DNA of 64,000 nucleotides. Source: Candidatus Limnocylindria bacterium. Its GTDB lineage: Bacteria > Chloroflexota > Limnocylindria > QHBO01. Positions 49,439 to 59,200 of the stretch are shown piece after piece (the stretch's first letter is position 1; each line of letters starts with the position of its first letter). The stretch is from contig JBBSCG010000003.1 of NCBI GenBank assembly GCA_038250515.1, positions 23,675 to 87,674 on the forward strand, in the 5' to 3' direction. The translations under genes were made by a program, and so were the position numbers. The notes under the pieces were generated by a model that was given only the letters and a program-made list of their open reading frames with translations, was not told the DNA's origin and ran no database searches.

Positions 49439-49903
49439 ATGAGACTCGATTACGCGCACGAACTTCCCGAGGCATCACGAGCGATGAGCCAGCTCGAGCG
49501 CGTCGTCGAGGCGAGCACGCTGGAACCGAACATGCGCGAGCTCATCAAGCTCCGTGCCTCGCAGATCAATGGCTGCGCGTACTGCGTGGACATGCACACG
49601 AAGGACGCCCAGGCGATGGGCGAGGATGCACAACGGCTGCACCTGGTCGCGGTCTGGCGCGAGACAGCGGTGTTCAGCCCTCGGGAGCGGGCGGCCCTCG
49701 CCTGGACCGAAGCGCTCACGCTTCTGCCCGAATCCGCGGCGCCCGATGATGTCTATGAGGAGGTCGCACGGCAGTTCGGACCCGCGGAGCAGGTCGCCTT
49801 GACACTGGCGATCATCGCGATCAACGGATGGAATCGCCTCGCGATCGGCTTCCGGCGACCGGTCGGCGCCTACGTGTCGCACCGTCATGCAGTGGCGGCG
49901 TGA
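49439..49903 (+). CDS. Carboxymuconolactone decarboxylase / AhpD-like peroxidase-fold protein
   Basis: CAYCVDMH (CxxCxxxH) motif. GAAGGAG RBS 8 nt upstream of the ATG. Confidence 0.8.
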   Translation: MRLDYAHELPEASRAMSQLERVVEASTLEPNMRELIKLRASQINGCAYCVDMHTKDAQAMGEDAQRLHLVAVWRETAVFSPRERAALAWTEALTLLPESAAPDDVYEEVARQFGPAEQVALTLAIIAINGWNRLAIGFRRPVGAYVSHRHAVAA

Positions 49904-51016
49904 GGCCGATAGCCTTGCCTCGGCGCCCCGGTCCCCATCGCCGACGACCCGCGATGCACCCACTGGGTATGACATCCCTCAGTCGAACCTTCGGCATAGG
50001 TGAAGATCTCGACCGGCCGGCCGTCGGGGCCGACGGCGATGGGCGGCGGCGCGTCCGTATCGGTCAGGGCGTAGCGGGCGGCGAATTCGTGGATGGCCTT
50101 GCTCGAGCGCCGGTTCTCGTTGAGGTAGTAGACCGGCGGCGACTCCGGCATGACGACGCCGAGCTCGTCGGGCTGGCGGGCGTGGTAAAGGTCCTGGTTG
50201 GCGTCGCCGAAGACGTACATGATCCCCCGTTGGCGGTCGCGCAGCAGGTCGAGCAGCGGCAGCCACCAGACCGCGTCGAGATCCTGGCGCTCGTCAACCA
50301 CGATGGCGTCAAACCGATGGTCCGGCAGGCGCGTGAGTGCCTGGTCCAGCACGTTCGGCAGCTCATCGAAGTAGGCCGTGTCGCGCACCGGGGTGGGACC
50401 GATGAGCCCGGCATCGGTCCCCAGCCGCTCCGCCAGGCGATGGAAGGTGCTGACCGTCACGCCGCTGGACCTGACCGATGGTCGCGGCCAGGTGCTCGGC
50501 CAGCGGCCGGTTGAAGCAGGTGAGCAGCACCTCGAAGCCCTGGGCGGCCAAGCGGCGCGCCTTCTCGGCGGCGAGCAGCGTCTTGCCCGAGCCCGCCACG
50601 CCGAGGACGAGTGCCCGACGCTGGGCGTTGAGCATGTCGAACGCGCCGAACTGCAGGGCGCTCAGTCCGATGCGGGCCTCGTCGGATGCGACGTCGGCGG
50701 CGAGCGGCGAGGCGATCTCGATGGGCCGCGCCAGCAGGGCGTCGAGCGCTTCCATGCCCATCCTGCCGGGTGGCCCACCGTCGGCCGACGCATCGCCCGA
50801 GGCGCTCCACCAGTCGAAGATCTCGCGCACCCGCTCGCCGACGCGCTCGAGGTCGCCGTGGTCGATGACGATCTTGCGCGGCCCATCCGCCGGCGCGGGA
50901 TGCGGGTCGTAGGTAGCATCCGGGAAGGCGACGGCGTGCGTGAATCGCACCTCGTGGGCCGGCCAGGCCGGCAGGTCGTGGCAGACGCGCCGCAGGGCGT
51001 GCATCGCGCGGGTCAC
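49885..51016 (-). pseudogene. Frameshifted and C-terminally truncated SF1 helicase (nuclease-related N-terminus + UvrD-like ATPase core)
   Basis: ORF 50363..51016 carries Walker A GVAGSGKTLLA. The downstream frame ORF 49885..50460 continues with TVSTFHRL, DAIVVDERQDL (Walker B/DExx) and later helicase motifs. The two frames are joined only by a shift near 50460. The helicase C-terminal domain is missing. Confidence 0.6.
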
Positions 51017-51049
51017 CTGCGCGAACGGGTCCTTGATGTAGCGTTCGGC

Positions 51050-51547
51050 TCAGCGGCGGCGATCGATCTCGTCGCGCAGGGCGCCGAGCACCTCCACCTC
51101 GATGAGATCCTTCGGCCGACCGGCGGCCCGCTTCATCCTGATCAAGTCGTCGAGCGCAGCGACCTGGATCGTGAGCCCGTCGAGATCGGTGGCGATCGCG
51201 GTGCGCACCAGGTCGTCGTACCCACCTGTGCCCTGGGGGGTGGCGAGGATGTCGAAGTCGCCGGCATCGGTGGTGAACGTGAACGAGTCGCCGGCCGCCA
51301 GGGTCCGGGCGTCGAGCATGAACGGGACCTCCACATCGACGCCGCGCAGGCGGGCGCCCAAGTCGCGGAGGACCCCCGTCAGCGCCTCCTGGTTGGGCCG
51401 ATCGCGCGCATGGCAGATGTCCAGGTCGCGCGTCATGGTCGGTGAGCCAAGGATTCGGCCGGCGAAGGCGCCGATGACGACGTAGCGCACGCCGGCATCG
51501 TTGAGAGCGCGAAAGATCCGGAGCGGATCAAAGCGTGCCGGCCTCAA
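51050..51547 (-). CDS. Nucleotidyltransferase-fold protein (TA/abortive-infection-like NTase)
   Basis: 165 aa. GVRYVVIGAFAGRILG and DLDI motifs of minimal nucleotidyltransferases. Confidence 0.6.
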   Translation of the reverse strand: MRPARFDPLRIFRALNDAGVRYVVIGAFAGRILGSPTMTRDLDICHARDRPNQEALTGVLRDLGARLRGVDVEVPFMLDARTLAAGDSFTFTTDAGDFDILATPQGTGGYDDLVRTAIATDLDGLTIQVAALDDLIRMKRAAGRPKDLIEVEVLGALRDEIDRRR

Positions 51548-51909
51548 GGTCGGCCGGACCGATCGAAGACCGCGGCGGCCGCGGCATCGGCGGCAGCCAG
51601 GCGCGCGCGCTCGCCGGGGGTCAGCCGCAGCAGCTCTCGGATCTGGGTCCGATCGACCCCCTCGCCCAGCGCCGGGGCCAGCTCCAGGGTGTAGCCGCTC
51701 GCGCGCAGAAGCCGATCCAGGGTGTCGGCGCGCGGGGTCAGCAAGCCGAGCTCGATCCGCGCCACCGTCGATTGCGGCACACCGGCAGCCTGGGCCAACT
51801 CACGCTGCGTCATCTGGCAGGCGCGTCGAACGTGACGGACGAGTCGTGCGGCATTCACGGAACGCAGCATAGCTGATAGCATTTGAGCTAGCAGCGGACG
51901 CGACCTCAA
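51544..51909 (-). CDS. XRE-family HTH transcriptional regulator (putative antitoxin partner of the NTase)
   Basis: MTQRELAQAAGVPQSTVARIE HTH. ATGA overlap with the downstream NTase gene. Confidence 0.7.
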   Translation of the reverse strand: MRSRPLLAQMLSAMLRSVNAARLVRHVRRACQMTQRELAQAAGVPQSTVARIELGLLTPRADTLDRLLRASGYTLELAPALGEGVDRTQIRELLRLTPGERARLAAADAAAAAVFDRSGRP

Positions 51910-52241
51910 TCAGCCGCTGCGTAGCTGAGAAGCGAGTCGTTACGATGTGAAGGTCGAGCACGAACCGGCTCACACTCAGGTGGACTTCCATAACGCAGCA
52001 GCACGCAAGGGATCGCTCGACCGGCTCCGCGCGCCGCGTGACGCCCGAGTCGCGGACGATGCCATCCGAGCGCGATACGCCGGCGACGCGCGCTCCGGAC
52101 TCATCGGACCCAATTGCAGTCAACGAGTGGTGGGACAGCCTCCGGGCGGAGGCGTCGGAATCGAAGCCAGATACAGGTGCCGGTTAAGCGCGGCTAGGTG
52201 CCCGAGGCCGCGGGCGTCCTGAGCCGACGCGCGCGTCAGTA

Positions 52242-52721
52242 CTACGACGACGTGCCCGTAGCGCGCCCGCCGAGGCCGATGAGCTCCGCGCGCAACGCCT
52301 GCACGAAGGCTCCCGGTTCGGACACGCGGATCCGATCGGTTCGGAAGTCGCGGAGATTGAAGGTCACCAGCCATCGACACTCTGCCGCGAGCGCGGCGGC
52401 CAGGATCGGTGCGTCCTTCGGATCGGCCTCTCTGGCATCCACCAGCTCCGCCGCCAGCTCGGCGGAAACCATCGGCAACGGCTGGCACGAAAGCTCGATC
52501 AGCGTGCGGAAGGCGGGCAGGGCCGCCGGGAGCTTCTCCGCCAGGTTGCGCTCGGCCTCGATGCGCGCCTGCTCCGGCACACCGACCTCGATGATCCCCA
52601 GCTCGCCGAGTTGGAGCACCACGTGGCTCGCCCCCGCGACCGATGCCGCCCCTGCAAAGAGCGCGTCCGCGTCGAGGCAGATGCGCAGGCGAGGGGAAAG
52701 CGAGGGGTCAGGGGCGCTCAA
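52242..52721 (-). CDS. PIN-domain protein (VapC-like toxin)
   Basis: RICLDADALFAG N-terminus and a PIN-like acidic pattern. Overlaps the upstream AbrB-type gene. Confidence 0.6.
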   Translation of the reverse strand: MSAPDPSLSPRLRICLDADALFAGAASVAGASHVVLQLGELGIIEVGVPEQARIEAERNLAEKLPAALPAFRTLIELSCQPLPMVSAELAAELVDAREADPKDAPILAAALAAECRWLVTFNLRDFRTDRIRVSEPGAFVQALRAELIGLGGRATGTSS

Positions 52722-52980
52722 GTCGCTCGGCGTGATACCGGGCGCGCTGCTCGCGGAGGCCGTCCAACAGCTCCTCCAGACTCAGGCCGGCGCCGGTGCG
52801 CAGATACTCGATCTCGGCGGAGAGCTTGTCCGCGACGCTCAACTTGGGCGACAGGAGGATCGCGCCGTCGAGATCGACGAGTGTCAGCGGATCGCCGTCG
52901 GCCAGGTCGTACCGCTCGCGGATGGGTGCAGGCAGGGTTACGGTTCCTCTGCCGCGTATCTGCACAGTCTTTGTCTGCAT
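52708..52980 (-). CDS. AbrB/SpoVT-type antitoxin
   Basis: VQIRGRGTVTLPAPIRERYDLADGDPLTLVDLDGAILLSP swapped-hairpin motif. Confidence 0.7.
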   Translation of the reverse strand: MQTKTVQIRGRGTVTLPAPIRERYDLADGDPLTLVDLDGAILLSPKLSVADKLSAEIEYLRTGAGLSLEELLDGLREQRARYHAERLERP

Positions 52981-53247
52981 TCCGGCACCCTACTTGAATT
53001 ACCGATTTACCGCAATCCTGCGCATGTCCTCGGGGGATGAGCGAACTCATCGCAGCCTACCGCGCGCGCCGAGCCAAGACCTTCTGGCGCCGCGCAGCCC
53101 GAGCGGGTCGTGGTTTGTGACCTATGGCCCGCCATCACGCGGTCGGTGGCCCGCGGAATGGGTCCGTGTGTCACATGTGTCCGGAACGGAAACCGACGAC
53201 AGTGCACACAGGGGACGACCAAAACACAGATCGAGAAGGATGTTCAC

Positions 53248-53931
53248 GTGATCAGTCGGTTGAAGGGACTCGGAATTGTCCTGGCAATTATCGGTATCGT
53301 CTTCGTGGCGGCCGGTGCGTTTGCTTACATGAAGACCCAGGAAGGGTATAAGTCGCTGAATGCCTTCAGCGCCGCACAGAACGTTCAGCTCAGCTACAAC
53401 AAGGACGGCCAGCTGGTCGACCGCGGCGAGACCAAAGATGCGCAGGCCATCATGGCCCTGCTGAAGGACGACTGGGGCTACCCGGTCGCTAGTTCGGAGC
53501 TCAACCCGAACAACCCCCTCGTCAACACGGCAAGCGAGTACATGTACCAGATGGCGACCGTCGCCTACCACACCCTGAACGGGACCCAGACCGTGGTCCT
53601 GCCCAAGGACGCGGAGTACAAGGGCAAGCTTTACAAGGCCGGCGAGTACCAGTTCCCGGTCGACGGGCGCTACTGGACCGGCTTCGATCGCGAGAATCCG
53701 ATCGAGGGCCCGGCGCGCGAGCAGGCGTGGACGGGCACCGCACATGCCCTGATCGCCGAACTTGGCGTAGGCACCGCCACCGCTTCGGCCCTCCAGCTCG
53801 GACTCGGACTGGCGGCCCTCTTCGCGGCCATCGGCGGCACGTTCCTGCTGACCGGCGCTGGCCTGGTGTGGGCGACCCGCACCGAGCCCGAACGGGTCCC
53901 GGTGCTGCGTCCAGCCACCATGCCGATCTGA
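53248..53931 (+). CDS. Hypothetical membrane protein (N- and C-terminal TM helices, extracytoplasmic middle)
   Basis: GAGAAGGA RBS then GTG. Aromatic-rich central region. No family recognised. Confidence 0.6.
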   Translation: MISRLKGLGIVLAIIGIVFVAAGAFAYMKTQEGYKSLNAFSAAQNVQLSYNKDGQLVDRGETKDAQAIMALLKDDWGYPVASSELNPNNPLVNTASEYMYQMATVAYHTLNGTQTVVLPKDAEYKGKLYKAGEYQFPVDGRYWTGFDRENPIEGPAREQAWTGTAHALIAELGVGTATASALQLGLGLAALFAAIGGTFLLTGAGLVWATRTEPERVPVLRPATMPI

Positions 53932-53977
53932 CCGGCCTATGAGGAAAGGCTTCTAAGAACCGGGCGACCTCTCGAGG

Positions 53978-54041
53978 AGCCTGGCCCGCACGGCGACCGA
54001 TCCACGAGGACGATCGCCGGCGGCCAGGCTCCTCGTCTGTT
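53978..54041 (+). other. Perfect 14-bp inverted repeat (CGAGGAGCCTGGCC / GGCCAGGCTCCTCG) enclosing a 35-nt partly self-complementary loop
   Basis: Seen directly. Lies 45 nt downstream of the preceding gene. Confidence 0.6.
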
Positions 54042-54289
54042 TCATCGCCACGGATTCCTTATCTGCTTGGCCTTGCGGGCTCGCCGAATCCCCAGTTCCG
54101 ACAGAGGGGGGAACGACACGGGGAGAGCCTCAGTGGCGCCCAGTAATCGCCCGGCGCAGCTGTCGGCCAGACAGGATCACCGGCACGCCGAGTGGCCGTT
54201 GTCGGAAGAGCGGCGCATCGGCCTTCTGAACGAACAAGATGGGCCTGATCGGGACCTCTGAGACGCCAGCCTCGTCCAAGAGCGATTCA

Positions 54290-54790
54290 AGTATCTCGGC
54301 CTCGGTGCAGCACCTGGTCGACCATTCTCGTGTTGCGGCCGCGAACGAAGACCTCGTTGGATTGGAGCTGCGTTGGGGGGCCAGACTGTCTGCTCGATGC
54401 CTGGCGGGGGGGGTCAGGCTCCGCGACGCCATCGGGCAGGTCGATGCTGCGGCTATTGACGTGCTGTTGCCGATATCGGCCCGCAGCCGGACGGACCACT
54501 ATTCCTGCCGCACTCGCGGCGGATAACCGCGCAACACGATCGCTTCGATAACGAGGAAGACGGTGTTCAGCGCGAAGCCGATGCTCACCAAGCACCTGGC
54601 GGCGCATGGGGACAATCGATGCCTCCTGCTGACCGATGGCATGGCCAACGTCGGCTGCACCGAGCCGGACCAGCTGGCCGCGTACGGCGCCGACCTGCGC
54701 GCGTCGGGTGTGACCACCACCACGTTCGGCATGGGCGAGCAGTTCGACGACGAGCCGCTGAGCCCGGTCGTGGCCGCCGCGGCCGTCCCC
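54290..54790 (+). pseudogene. Decayed remnant of a vWA-domain gene, paralog of 61724..62983
   Basis: ORF 54563..54847 reads NRCLLLTDGMANVGCTEPDQLAAYGADLRASGVTTTTFGMG, matching NRCLLLTDGLANIGLTEPVALAAFAKDLRASGVATSTFGVG in the intact gene. An upstream frame carries ARSRTDHY, like ARGSTDLHGG. Frames are broken. Confidence 0.55.
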
Positions 54791-54839
54791 GGTGAAGCAT
54801 CGGCGGTCGGCGGCCAGCTTCTGACGCTAGAGTTGTCGG

Positions 54840-55826
54840 GTGGTTGATAGGAGCCCCGCCCTCGACTGGCTTCTGGCATCCGATGAGCCAGCCAACCGCT
54901 ACCGGACCCAGACCTGGCTGCTCGACCAGCCCGAAACCGATCCGGCAGTCCGGCAGGAGCGCGCGCGCGTCGCCGATGGCCCGATCGTGTCGACCCTTCT
55001 CGACTTCCCGGAGCCGAAGCTCGACCCGTACCGCAAGTGGTTCGGGCTGCATTGGCGCCTCGTGTCACTGGCCGATTTCGGGTTACCGGCGGACGGGGCG
55101 GAGGTTCGCGCCAGGCTCGATGACGGGGTCGATCGCGAGCTGGCCTGGATCGCCGACCCGCGCCACCTCGAGGCCGTCAAACGGATTGATGGGCTCTACC
55201 GCGCGCATGCCGCGATGGAGGGCAACGCCCTCTACGCCGCCAGTCGATTCGGCCACGCCGATGACGAGCGCGCACGCCGCCTGGTCGACAAGCTCCTCGA
55301 ATGGCAGTGGCGCGACGGCGGCTGGAACTGCGATCGCCAATCATCGGGGTACCGGTCGTCATTTCACGAGAGCTGGGCGACAGCCATCGGCCTGGCGGCC
55401 TACCACGACGCCACCGGTGACGCCAATGCCCTGGCCGCCGCGCGCCGGACGGCCGAATTGCTGCTGGAGCATCGGCTGTTTCGTGGCCTGAGCGACCATC
55501 GTCCGATGCCCGGCAGCTTCGCGGCCCTCCACTGGCCCGCGTACTGGCATTACGACTTCCTGGGTGGCCTGCGCGTCGTCCGGGCGGCCGGCATGCTGTC
55601 GGATCCGCGCGCGACCGATGCGCTCGACCTCCTCGAGTCGCTCCAGCTGCCGAACGGCCGCTTCCAGGCCAAACGCGCGTGGTGGCAGGCCGGGCGCCAC
55701 GTGACATCGCCGGTCGACGTGGTTGACTGGGGCAAGGGCCGGCCCAGCGAGGTGCTGACGCTCCATGCCCTGTCGCTGCTCAAGGCGTCGGGACGCTGGA
55801 AGACAGGTCCCGCGGATGGTTCGTAA
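54840..55826 (+). CDS. Hypothetical protein with alpha/alpha-toroid (prenyltransferase/terpene-cyclase-like) repeat features
   Basis: LEWQWRDGGWNC and LQLPNGRF motifs resemble QW/prenyltransferase repeats. GTG start. Confidence 0.5.
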   Translation: MVDRSPALDWLLASDEPANRYRTQTWLLDQPETDPAVRQERARVADGPIVSTLLDFPEPKLDPYRKWFGLHWRLVSLADFGLPADGAEVRARLDDGVDRELAWIADPRHLEAVKRIDGLYRAHAAMEGNALYAASRFGHADDERARRLVDKLLEWQWRDGGWNCDRQSSGYRSSFHESWATAIGLAAYHDATGDANALAAARRTAELLLEHRLFRGLSDHRPMPGSFAALHWPAYWHYDFLGGLRVVRAAGMLSDPRATDALDLLESLQLPNGRFQAKRAWWQAGRHVTSPVDVVDWGKGRPSEVLTLHALSLLKASGRWKTGPADGS

Positions 55827-55890
55827 CTGAATCCGTTACGAATTACCTGGCGGGTGCACCCTCGGCGCGGGCTCTGCTGAGAACCCGTCT

Positions 55891-56085
55891 TCAATCCTCT
55901 TGCGGTGGGCCGCTCGGAATAGATCGGAGCGCCTCGTTCACGGCTTGGGAGGTTGGAAACCGCTTCGCGACGTCGGGGTCGAGGTGGACAACTGAGCCCC
56001 GCTCCGAGATCTGACGACTGTGCCGGCCGCGCGTGCCATACCGGAAGTCGTATTCCTCTCGCGGCTCGTCCTCAGGCTTCTTCAT
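55891..56085 (-). CDS. BrnA-like (DUF4415, RHH) antitoxin, apparently orphan
   Basis: EEYDFRYGTRG ... VHLDPDVAKRFPTSQAVNEALRSI matches the BrnA pattern. No BrnT-sized ORF upstream. Confidence 0.55.
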   Translation of the reverse strand: MKKPEDEPREEYDFRYGTRGRHSRQISERGSVVHLDPDVAKRFPTSQAVNEALRSIPSGPPQED

Positions 56086-56276
56086 AGTCGTGTCTCTCGA
56101 GCGAGGTCGCTCGCGTTGCAAAGATCAGTCGGATCTTACTCGCCACTCCAGAGCAGGCGGACAGTACGCATCGGGGCTTACTGAGCAATTACCGCGCGCT
56201 TACCGTCCGCTGCCACTCGCGACACGCAAGCTGTCACGCCCTCGCGCTACCGTATGGATGGGAGGGAGTGCCCTAC

Positions 56277-59200
56277 ATGCAATTGATCGACGGCAAGCCC
56301 GTCTTCTCGGCCACGGATCTTGTCGGCTACCTCGCCTGCGAGCATCTGACCGCACTCGAGACCGCGGCGCTCAGCGGCCTGGTCGAACGCCCGAATCGGC
56401 CCGATCCGGAGCTCGACGTCATCCGCCGCCGCGGTGAGCAGCACGAGCAGCGGTACCTCGGTGGGCTGCGTGCCGAGGGCAAGTCGGTGGTGACCATCGA
56501 GCGGTACGAGGACGAGCAGCGCGGCGCGCGGCTCATTCGCCAGGCGGACGAGACGATCGCCGCCATGCGCGAGGGCGCCGATGTCATCTACCAGGCCACC
56601 TTCTTCGACGGCCGATGGCTCGGCTATGCCGACTTCCTGCTGCGCGTGGACGATGCCGCCCGACCGTCGGCGTGGGGGCCGTACCACTACGAGGTCGCCG
56701 ACACGAAGCTGGCGCGGCACGTCAAGGCGGGCGCGGTGCTGCAGATCTGCTCGTACGTCGACCAGCTCGAACGACTCCAGGGGGTGCGGCCGGCGACGAT
56801 GAAGGTCGTCCTGGGCGGCAGCGCGCACGAGGTCGCCGAGCTGCGCACCGACGACTACATGGCCTACTACCACGCGGCGAAGCGGCGATTCGAGGCAACG
56901 GTGCTCGGCACCGATGATGCACCTGCGCCGCCGCCGGCATATCCGCCGGCGAGCACCTACCCGGAGCCGGTCGAACATTGCGCCGTCTGCCGCTGGGCGC
57001 CCGAATGCCAGGCGCGGCGGCGAGCCGACGACCACCTCTCGCTCGTCGCCGGCATCAGCGCCCGACAGCGCAAGGAGCTCGGCAAACGTGACATCGGCAC
57101 GCTGACCGAGCTTGGCACCACGCCGATCCCATTTGATCCGTCGCTCAAGGACGGCGAGGCGAGCATGGAACGTGTCCGAGAGCAGGCCCGCATCCAGCTC
57201 GAGGGCCGCGGCCGCACGCCGCCGCTCCACGAGCTGCTGCCGGTCGAGCCGGAGCGCGGCCTGGCGATCCTGCCCGAGCCCGATGCGGGCGACCTCTTCT
57301 TCGACATCGAGGGCGACCCATTCGCGTTCGACGATGGGATCGACTACCTGTTCGGGTTCCTCGACACGGCGGACGATTTCACCGCCTTCTGGTCGTTCGA
57401 TGCCAGCGGAGAGGTCTCGCTGGAGGGCGAGAAGCTCGCCTTCGAGCGGTTCATGGACTTCGTGATGGCCCGCCTCGCCGCGTACCCCAACATGCACATC
57501 TACCACTACGCGCCATACGAGCCGACGGCGCTGAAGCGGCTGATGGGCCGCCATGCGACGCGCGAAACGGAGGTCGACAGGCTGCTGCGCGGTGGCGTGC
57601 TGGTCGACCTCTTCCGCGCGGTGCGGCAGGGGGTTCGCGCATCGGTCGAGAGCTACTCGATCAAGAAGCTGGAGTCGATCTACGGCTTCCACCGCGAGAT
57701 CGACCTGCGCGACGCGGGATCGAGCATCGTGGCCTTCGAGGAGTGGCTCCAGTTGGGTGAGGGCGAGCGTCCATCGTCCGACATCCTGCAGCGGATCCAG
57801 ACCTACAATCGCGACGACGTGGTGAGCAACGCGCGCCTGCGCGACTGGCTGGAGCAGCTGCGCTTCGAAGTCGAAAGCGAGACCCGCACGCCGGTTCCGC
57901 GTCCGGCGGACCGCGTTGCCGAAGCGCCCGAGGAACTGACGGAGGCCGATGCGCAGGTCCAGCGCGTCGCCGACCGGCTGACCGACGGCGTCCCCGTCGA
58001 TCCGGCCGAGCGATCCGACGAGCAGCAGGCGCGATGGTTCCTCGCGCAGCTCCTGTCATGGCATCGGCGCGAAAACAAGGCGACGTGGTGGGACTTCTTC
58101 CACCGCATCGCCCTGACGTCGGAGGAGCTCGTCGATGAGGATGGCGCGTTGGGGCAGCTCGAGCTCGTGTCGGTGAGTCCACCGTACAAGCCGACACCCC
58201 GCAGCGGCCAGCGCCGGAAGGCGACGTATCGCTTCCCTCCCCAGGAGCATAAGAACGTCGAGTCGCGTTCCGATCTGTTCGATCCGGCGCTGGCGCAGGA
58301 GGCCCCGGCCGCCCCGAAATGGGACTGGCGTGTCAATGCCGACCTCGCCGAGCTGGACGACAAGACCGCCACGGTCACCCTGCTGTGGAAGGGCGAGGCG
58401 CCGATTCGCCACCCGGAAGCCCTCGTGGCCGTGAACCGGATCGATGACAAGGTGCTGCGTGCGGCGCTGCTGCGACTCGGTGAATGGGTGGCGGAGTACG
58501 GCATCGACGCCGACGGACCCTCCCGCGCTGCCCGCGACCTGCTCCTCAGGCGTGCGCCGCGCTGCGGGCATGCAGCGGAGGCGCCACTCAAGCAACCCAA
58601 TGAAACGGATCTCGATGCCGCTTGCCGGCTGATTGGGCAGCTGGACCGCGGCACGCTCGCCATCCAGGGGCCGCCCGGCTCGGGCAAGACCTACACCGGG
58701 GCGCGGATGGCGGTCGAGCTGCTGCGCGCCGGCAAGAAGGTCGGCATCAGCGCAACGAGCCACAAGGTGATCGGCAACTTCCTCGACATGCTGCTGAAGG
58801 CCGGCCGCGAGGCGGGCGTCGCGGTCAACGCGGTCCAGCGCGCGGACCCTGAGCAGGGCCTCGACCACGACGTGGAGCTCGCCAGCGACGGCGCCAGGGT
58901 CCGCAATGGCCTGGCCGATGGCACGTTCAATGTCGCCGCGGGCACGCCCTGGCTCTGGGCCCCTGAACAATGCTGCGACCTCGTCGACGTGCTGTTCGTC
59001 GACGTGGCCGGCCAGATCTCGCTTGCCAACGTCCTGGCCATGGGTGCCGCAACCGGCAGCATCGTCCTGCCGGGCGATCCCCAGCAACTCGACCAGCCGC
59101 TGCAGGGTACGCACCCGCTTGGGGCGGACAAGTCGGCCCTCGCCCACCTCCTCGGTTCGCACGACACCATGCCGGAGGCACTCGGCCTGTTCCTCGAGCG

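Noticed and set aside
56247-57692. 481-aa ORF antisense to the nuclease-helicase gene
   Set aside because: Same reasoning. The sense strand has an unambiguous 1174-aa multi-domain protein.
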